Shown here piece by piece: positions 50,871 to 64,000 of a stretch of 64,000 bases of DNA. The first letter of the stretch is position 1; every line of letters begins with the position of its first letter. The DNA comes from Lama guanicoe (taxonomy: Eukaryota), in contig MU053557.1 in NCBI GenBank assembly GCA_013239625.1, positions 6,273,842-6,337,841 of the forward strand. Direction: 5' to 3'. Made by a program: the position numbers and the translations under genes. A model generated the notes under the pieces. It made no database searches and was not told the DNA's origin. It worked only from the letters and a program-made list of their open reading frames with translations.

Positions 50871-52725
50871 ACGACAATCTCTAGGTCCATCCATGTTGCT
50901 GCAAATGGCATTATTTTATTCTTTTTTAACACTGAATAGTATTCCATTGTATAAATATACCACAACTTCTTTAACCAGTCATCTGTCGATGGCCATTTAG
51001 GTTGCTTCCATGTCTGGATATTGTATACAGTTCTACTATGAACATTGGGGTGCATGTATCTTTTCAAATTAGAGTTCCCTCCAGATAATACGCCCAGGAG
51101 TGGCATTGCTGGATCAAATGGTAAATCTGTTTTTAGTTTTCTGAGGAATCTCCATATTGTTTTCCATAACAGCTACACCAAACTGTATTCCCACCAGCAG
51201 TGTAGGAGGGTTCCCTTTTCTCCACACCCTCTCTAGTTTGTGGACTTTTTAAGGATGGCCATTCTGACTGGTGTGAGGTGATACTTCATTGTAGTTTTGC
51301 TTTGCATTTTTCTGATAATTAGTGATTTGAACATTTTTCCATGTGTCTATTGGCCATTTGTATGTCTTCATTGGAGAAATGCTTGTTTAGGTCTTCCTCC
51401 CATTTTTGGGTTGGGTTGTTTGTTTTCTTTTTTTGTTATTAAGTTGTATGAGCTATTTATATATGCTGGAAATTAAGCCTTTGTGGGTCACATCATTTGC
51501 AAATATTTTCTCCCATTCCATAGGTTGTCATTTGGTTTTGCTTATGGTTTCCTTTGTTGTGCAAAACTTTGTAAGTTTAATTAGGCCCCATTTGTTAATG
51601 TTTCCTCTTATTTCTATTGACTGGGTAGACTGCCCTAGGAGGACATTGCTAAGATTTATGTCAGAGAATGTTTTGCCTATGTTTTCTTTTAGGTGATTTA
51701 TCACTTCTTGTCTTATATTTAAGTCTGGAAGCCATTTTGAGTTTATTTTTGTGTATAGTGTGAGGACATTTTCTAACTTCAATGATTTACAGGCTGCTAT
51801 CCAGTTTTCCCAGCACCACTTGCTGAAGAGACTGTCTTTTTTCTCCATTGTATATTCTTGCCTCCTTTGTCAAAGATTAATTGATCATAGGCCTGTGGAT
51901 TTATTTCTGGGCTCTCTATTCTGTTCCACTGATCCATATGTCTGTTTTCATACCAATACCATGCTGTTTTGATGACTGTAGCTCTGTAGTACTGCCTGAA
52001 GTCTGGGAGGGTTATTCCTCCAGCTTCATTCTTTTTCTTCAGTATTGCTTTGGCAATACCTGGTCTTTTATGATTCCATATAAATTTTAGGGTTATTTGT
52101 TCTAGTTTTGTGAAAAATGTCATGGGTAATTTGATAGGGATCACATTAAATCTGTGGATTGCCTTGGATAGTAGGGCCATTTTAACAGTAGTGATTCTTC
52201 CAATTGAAGATCATGGGATATCTTTCCATTTCTTTAAGTCATCTTTCATTTCCATAATCCATGTTTTGTAGATCTCCATGTATAACTCTTTCATCTGCTT
52301 GGTCAGATATATTCCTCAGTATTTTATTGTTTTGGATGCGATTTTAAAAGGGATTATTTCTTTACTTTCTTTTCTTGTTAATTCATTGTTAGTGTAAAGA
52401 AATGGAACTGATTTTTTGTGTGTTAGTCTTGTATCCTGCTACCTTGCTGAACTCTTTTATCAGCTCTAGTAGTTTTTGTGTGGAGCTTTTAGGGTTTTCT
52501 ATATATAGTATCATGTCATCTGCATACAACAACAATTTTACCTCTTCTCTTCCAATTTGGATCTCTTTTATCTCTTTTTCTTGCTTGATTGTTGTGGCTA
52601 GGACTTCCAAGACTATGTTGAATAGAGGTGGTGAGAGTGGACATCCTTGTTTTGTTCCAGATTTTAGTGGGAAGGCTTTCAGTTTTTCACCATTGAGTAT
52701 TATGCTGGCTGTAGGTTTGTCATAA
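50871..52725 (-). mobile_element. Younger-subfamily L1 ORF2 fragment lacking its 3' terminus
   Basis: [56 protein letters not shown]; shares the gggcagtctacccag motif with the L1s at 14738 and 36730. Confidence 0.92.
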
Positions 52726-52796
52726 ATCAAACAGAATTCTAACAGTTGGTATTCTTTAGTGTTGCTGACAATTACTAATGAGACTTCTAGCTTGCT

Positions 52797-52802
52797 TTTA
52801 TT
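52797..52802 (-). terminator. SLC36A2: Possible SLC36A2 polyadenylation signal
   Basis: AATAAA on the minus strand ~2.5 kb past the stop, just before the L1 block; others occur inside the MLT LTR. Confidence 0.3.
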
Positions 52803-53875
52803 GGTACTACCAATGTTACTACATTTATTTTTTCTTTCCAAGATGTAACTTTTGCCAAATTGATCTAAATGATAAGATTAATCTGATAATCTTGCACAGT
52901 AGGGGCTTCTTGGAGAATGAGTGTGACCATTTTTTAATAACGGAGAAAATAATCTTAAATTTAGCAAGGTTGGGTGGGGTGATAGTTGAGTAGGGTGGAA
53001 GACAAGTTCAGTGGGAGGAAATGAACTTTGCCAAGGCCTTGAGCCAATCAGTAGAAGTCCTTTGGGTCTTCTGATGAAACACAGAAGCAACGTGCAGAAA
53101 CGATGACTCAGCCCTCTGGCCAAGTAAGCTGTGGACCACTGCACAGGCTCTGAATGTCCCATCTCCTAGCAGGTACTCTGCAGACTACAGAGCTTGTGTT
53201 CATGAAATACCTTCTGGAAATCTAGCAGGTAGAAAGTAACACAGAAGAAGAGACTAGGACTTGGAAATTAGGACAGACGCTCCATCCCTTCCATACCTTC
53301 CCAAGGTTGTGCAGGGAGGATAATGGATGAAAATAAGGAGGAAGGGGTTTTTAAAAATGTTCCCTTAAAACCGAGGCTGAAACAAGCATGGGTCACTCCC
53401 TCAAACCACAGAGAATGTAATGAGAAATTCCCTACCACCAATGAACTACAGATCTGCCTACAACATCTCATTTATCTAGGTGCCTTTTCCAAATTTTAGT
53501 AGTTTTAGTGGGGATGGAGGGAGTGGTAACCACCAGGAAAGTTGAAGTGGTGTGTTGGGTTGATGGGCCCCTGGTTGCCAGCCAAGCTCAGACATGAGGA
53601 AAGGCACAGTATTGTCAAGGCAGCAGGACTGAGAGGAAGGAGGACCAGATTCAGTGTTGGGAGACCCAAGTTCTACTCAAAATCCAGCTCAAATGGTGCC
53701 ACCTGGGAAAGTCATGCTCAGTACTCCAGAACAGTTAGTGTCCCCCTGACCTTATAAGGACCTATGATGGTAGTGACTTAGTTGATGACCTGTCATTCTT
53801 TCCCAGTAGACAGCAGGTCAGCTTGAGGACAGAGATTCTTTTCTTACTCATTCCTGTATCCTCTTTGGAGAGAAG

Positions 53876-54367
53876 TATCAGTTGGCTTTCACTGCATAAA
53901 AACTTCCACATCTTATACCTTAAAACTAAACACATTTATTATTTCTCATAATTCTGTGAATCATCTGAGCAATACCTATGGGCTGGGCCAGCTTGACTAG
54001 GGCTGTATATAGTCTAGGATACTTCACTTACGTGTCAGAAGTCAGCAGCCTGGTTGTTCTGGGAGATGGGGCTCACCTGGGATGATTCATTTCTGCTCCA
54101 CATGGTCTCTCATTCTCCAGGTAGGCTAGCCCTGGCTTCTTCACCTGGTGCTCCTGGCTCCACAGAGCATCGAGATGAAGGTCCCGATGCACAAGCCACC
54201 ACCAAACATCTGTTTACATCACATTTATTAATGTCCCATTGGCCAAAGCAAGTTACAAGGCCAAGAAAAGATTCAAAGGGTAGAGATATAGATTTCACCT
54301 CTTGACAGGAGAAGCTGCAAAGATACACTGTCAAGAGGAATCTGTGGCTATTTTTATAATCTACTAT
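53876..54367 (-). mobile_element. MLT1-type solo LTR downstream of the SLC36A2 stop
   Basis: catttattatttctcataattctgtg..aatgtcccattggccaaagcaagttacaaggccaag..cacctcttgacaggagaagctgcaaag. Confidence 0.8.
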
Positions 54368-54417
54368 AAGAGCTTTGAACTGTGCTTGGCATAGTGTAGG
54401 TAATCAAGAATGCTTGT

Positions 54418-54578
54418 TGACTGGTGTGAGATGATACCTCATTGTGGTTTTAATCTGCATTTCTCTAATAATAGCTATATTGAGCATCTTTTGCATCTTT
54501 TCATGTGCCTTTTGGCCTTTACTGTACTCCTGAAACTAACATAACATTGTAAATCAACTATACTTCAATTTAAAAAAA
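54418..54578. mobile_element. Mini L1 with 5' inversion (minus-strand ORF2 piece joined to a plus-strand 3' end)
   Basis: tgactggtgtgagatgatacctcattgtggttttaatctgc (L1 antisense) followed by ctgtactcctgaaactaacataacattgtaaatcaactatacttcaatttaaaaaaa (L1 sense end). Confidence 0.7.
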
Positions 54579-55267
54579 GAATTAAGAGGTAAATAATGTT
54601 AAATAATGTCATTGTCCATCCCCTCCTGCCTGCCATTGTTACATCCACTTCCATGATGCCTGTCCTTTGTTGAGGTCTTTAAACTGGGCCAAACTTTATC
54701 TAGTAGTTTAGAAGGTTTATTGCCCCAGACTTAAATATGATGGCTCCTTTTTGTCTGAGATTTGCAGCTTACATTGGACCTCTGGCAATGGAGCTCCTCT
54801 GACAATGGAGCTGTGACAACTTGCTGGATTATGGATATGTCCCCACTCCTCATCTTTGCTCTTTAAACAGATCTGGAAAAGAGGAAACCCTTTGTCTGTC
54901 AAATCATGATCAGCCTTAGCTGGCTGCACCTCCTTCTGTCAGCTGCTGCTTCTTGGATGCCCCCTGGTAGCTTCCTCTTGCATAACCCCCTCAAGGTATG
55001 AAATTCATCATGTGAATTGCCAAAAAGTTGGATGGAAACAAGAGATTTCCATGGGAGAGCTCTCAATGTAGTGGAAAGCTAGAGGTGGAAGAAAAGAAAA
55101 AAGGTAAAAAATTACCATCTAGACTTTGTAGCTGGTGAGTATGTGCTTGTTTCACTGTGGCTTAGCCCAGAGAAAGGTAAAACAGCAAAACACATATAAA
55201 TGCATATAAAAGAGGTTTATATCATTAAAAGTCAGGTGCTGGTGGGTAAGAAGCAGTGCCATTTTCA

Positions 55268-61528
<6,261 letters not shown>

Positions 61529-63189
61529 ATCCTTTTTTTGTCCAATAAGCACCTCCCCTTCCTCTCCATGCAATTGGAAGACACTTGAGGGGAGTGCGTG
61601 TCAGGGTCGTGGCTGCGCATTTCCACTTTCTTCTGGGTTAGGTGCATGTTCCTAATTGTAGCAGGTGCTCAGGAAAGTGTCCAAGGGATTAAGTGGGGAG
61701 CAGACAATCCAACCTGAGCTTTTCTACCCTGCCTTACATTTTTGCTGCATAAATTCTCCAAGCTAAAAACGATCTTTTCACAAGGCCATATCATAGTAAG
61801 TAGCTGACTTCCCCTGCCCCCAGTCAATCAAAGAGATAAATGGCCATTCACACAGAGTGGGAAGGTCTCGACTGGGGCCAGTTCCCAGCTGGTGACCCAG
61901 TTCAAGACCTCTTCCCTCCCTGGGGTTAGACTTCTTTTCTGTAAAACTGGAGACTGGGATAGAAGGTTTCTAAAGATAATCTGAACTGTAATACTAATAA
62001 TCATTAGCAGATAGTAGATGTTCTACAAATACTTATTGAACATGTATTATCATCATTTTATAGTTGAAGAATTAGAGTTCAGAGATTAGCCTGTGGCTAA
62101 AGTAAGATTCTGGCACATTCTGCCTCCAAAGCCATCTGCTCAACCACTGTACTCTTCTTTTTGCCATGACTGTCCAAAATTCTAAATATAAAGTGCTTCT
62201 AGTTCTGTTCAGATGATGTAAGCACACTGCATCATATCTGCCACACTGATTAAAACTAAAAGCCCTGGACAGAAAACATAAAGCAACTATACATGGGCTC
62301 TGAAAAGTATATAATAGAAGGTGAATTGCTCAAAACTAGTAAAAATGGCCATTATGGTAGTGAATTTCTTGATTTTTTCTCTTCCCATGTCTCCCAGTTA
62401 GACTCAAAGGGAGCCCAAATTCTGGAACTATGTAGTGGATGCAGACAGGGAAAACTCAAAGAGAAACCTCTTTTCTGGTTAGAGGACCTAAAATAGGGGA
62501 CCCTGTGGGACAGACAGCATGGAGAGAATCCCTATTATTTTTCTTCCTTTTTTTTTTTAACTCTCCAGGCCATACCCCCAAGGCAAGTCTCAGTCCAAAG
62601 CAACAGTCTGCTGTATTAGTGACTGTGGTGGTTACACAGGCATCTAAAAATCTGAGGCAAACTCCTCTCAGAGCAGAGGAACAGGGAAAGGGGGCTTTGG
62701 GAATCCAGAGTGTGAGGGGAATCAGGACTGGCTACATAATTTGTGGGACCCAGTGCAAAATGACAATACAGAGCCTCTTGATCAAAGATCGGGAATTTCA
62801 AGATAATGAAAGCAGAGCATTAAACCAACTGTGGGATCCTTCTAAAGGCCCTAGATGGCCACACAGGTTGCAAGCCCAGGGAGCTGTCCTGGGTGGAATC
62901 CCTATTACTTTCTTCCCTTTTTTCTCTCAGTGCTTAACCCTAGAGTTAGGTCCAGTCACAAGAAGTGTGTAACAGGGCATGGAGGATAAAACTCTGGCTT
63001 TTTAGCCAGAAGACCAGAAAAAGAAACCACTGGGTGAGTGTGCAGGAAAACTTGGAAAGGAGAGAGCCAGATAAAGTGATTCCCTAAATCTATGGATGAA
63101 GTCCTGGGCTCAGCCCTGAGGTGCACATGAACTGATGTGAAGCACCAAAGCAAAGGCTTTGACAGCTAACCTATCGTGGAGACCACCAT

Positions 63190-64000
63190 CTACATCCAAG
63201 ACTGGTCCCTGGGTAGTACATTAGCAAGGTGGAGCCAAACACCACTTCAAAGTCATTTTGGTATTCATGAAAGGACAAACACACTGATTGATGAATCAGA
63301 AATAGGGAGCTCAGAGACTGACCCATACTTGTGTATCAACTAGCTTTTTACAAAGATGCAAAGGTAATTCAATGGAGAATAGGTAGTCTTTTCAACAAAT
63401 AAGGCTGGAATAACTGGGCATTCTTAAAAAATTGAACTTTAACCTATGAACACTTTTACTAATTAACTCAGAATGGATCATAGATCTAAATGTACAATGA
63501 AAACAATAAAACATTTAGAAGAAAATATATGAGGAAAATCTTTGTGACTTTGGATTAGGCAAAGTGTTTTAGATAAAGCAGGATCCACAAATGAAAAATT
63601 TTCATATGTTGAACTTGATCAAAATTAAAGCTTTTTCTTTGTGAAAGACACTGTAAAGAGAAGGAAAAGGTAAGTTACAGACCAGAGAAAATATCTACAA
63701 ATTACATATTTAATAAAGAGTTTGCTTTTGGAATGTATAAAGAATTTTTAAAACTCAGCAATAAAAGACAGTAACTCAGTTTTTTAAAAATTTGCAAAAG
63801 ATTTGAAAGACAGTACACCAAAGATGATATACAGATGTCAAATAAGCTCATAAAGAGATGCTCAAAATCATTGGTCATTAGTAAAATGCTAATTAAATCA
63901 CAAATACCACCACCCTTAGCAGAAGGCTAAAATTAAAAAAACCTGAAAATACATACAAGAACTAGCGAAGATGCAAAGCAACTCTAATGCTCATACATTA
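63190..64000 (+). mobile_element. Old L1 ORF2 3' region, continuing past the window
   Basis: gtagtcttttcaacaaat..ggatcatagatctaaatg..ttagaagaaaatata..gatgctcaaaatcattggtcattag. Confidence 0.8.

Noticed and set aside
46195..52841. Active LINE-1 or a domesticated RT gene
   Set aside because: ORF2 is broken into short pieces by stops and frameshifts, and the 5' UTR and most of ORF1 are absent.
62439..62972. 177-aa plus-strand ORF in an SLC36A2 intron
   Set aside because: No homology or splice support; runs through a T-tract and what looks like a DNA-transposon relic.

Overview
Mammalian genomic DNA, very probably camelid (camel/alpaca), judged from three tRNA-derived SINEs of the Vic-1 type and the L1 3' ends. 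The window covers the conserved GM2A - SLC36A3 - SLC36A2 block. GM2A (+ strand) is complete: 4 coding exons, 192 aa, CpG-island promoter. SLC36A3/PAT3 (- strand) is complete: 10 coding exons, 483 aa. The last three coding exons of SLC36A2/PAT2 (- strand) are present and the gene runs off the right edge. The rest is introns and intergenic DNA rich in L1, MIR, L2, MLT/ERV LTR and DNA-transposon fossils. I see no evidence of a new multi-gene system. The most interesting signals are: (i) a divergent GM2 activator with no N-glycosylation sequon, a shifted exon-2 acceptor and a less acidic surface; (ii) an intact SLC36A3 ORF with Gly->Arg in the conserved TM1 GTG motif, Pro->Ser in VLPLxN and a lost stop codon; (iii) a ~490 bp poly(A)-tailed retroposed insert without an L1 or SINE 3' end, flanked by a perfect 19-bp target-site duplication; (iv) several nested, chimeric or inverted L1 structures and two local duplications. 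Comparisons with human and mouse proteins and repeat family names are from memory and need confirming by alignment or RepeatMasker.
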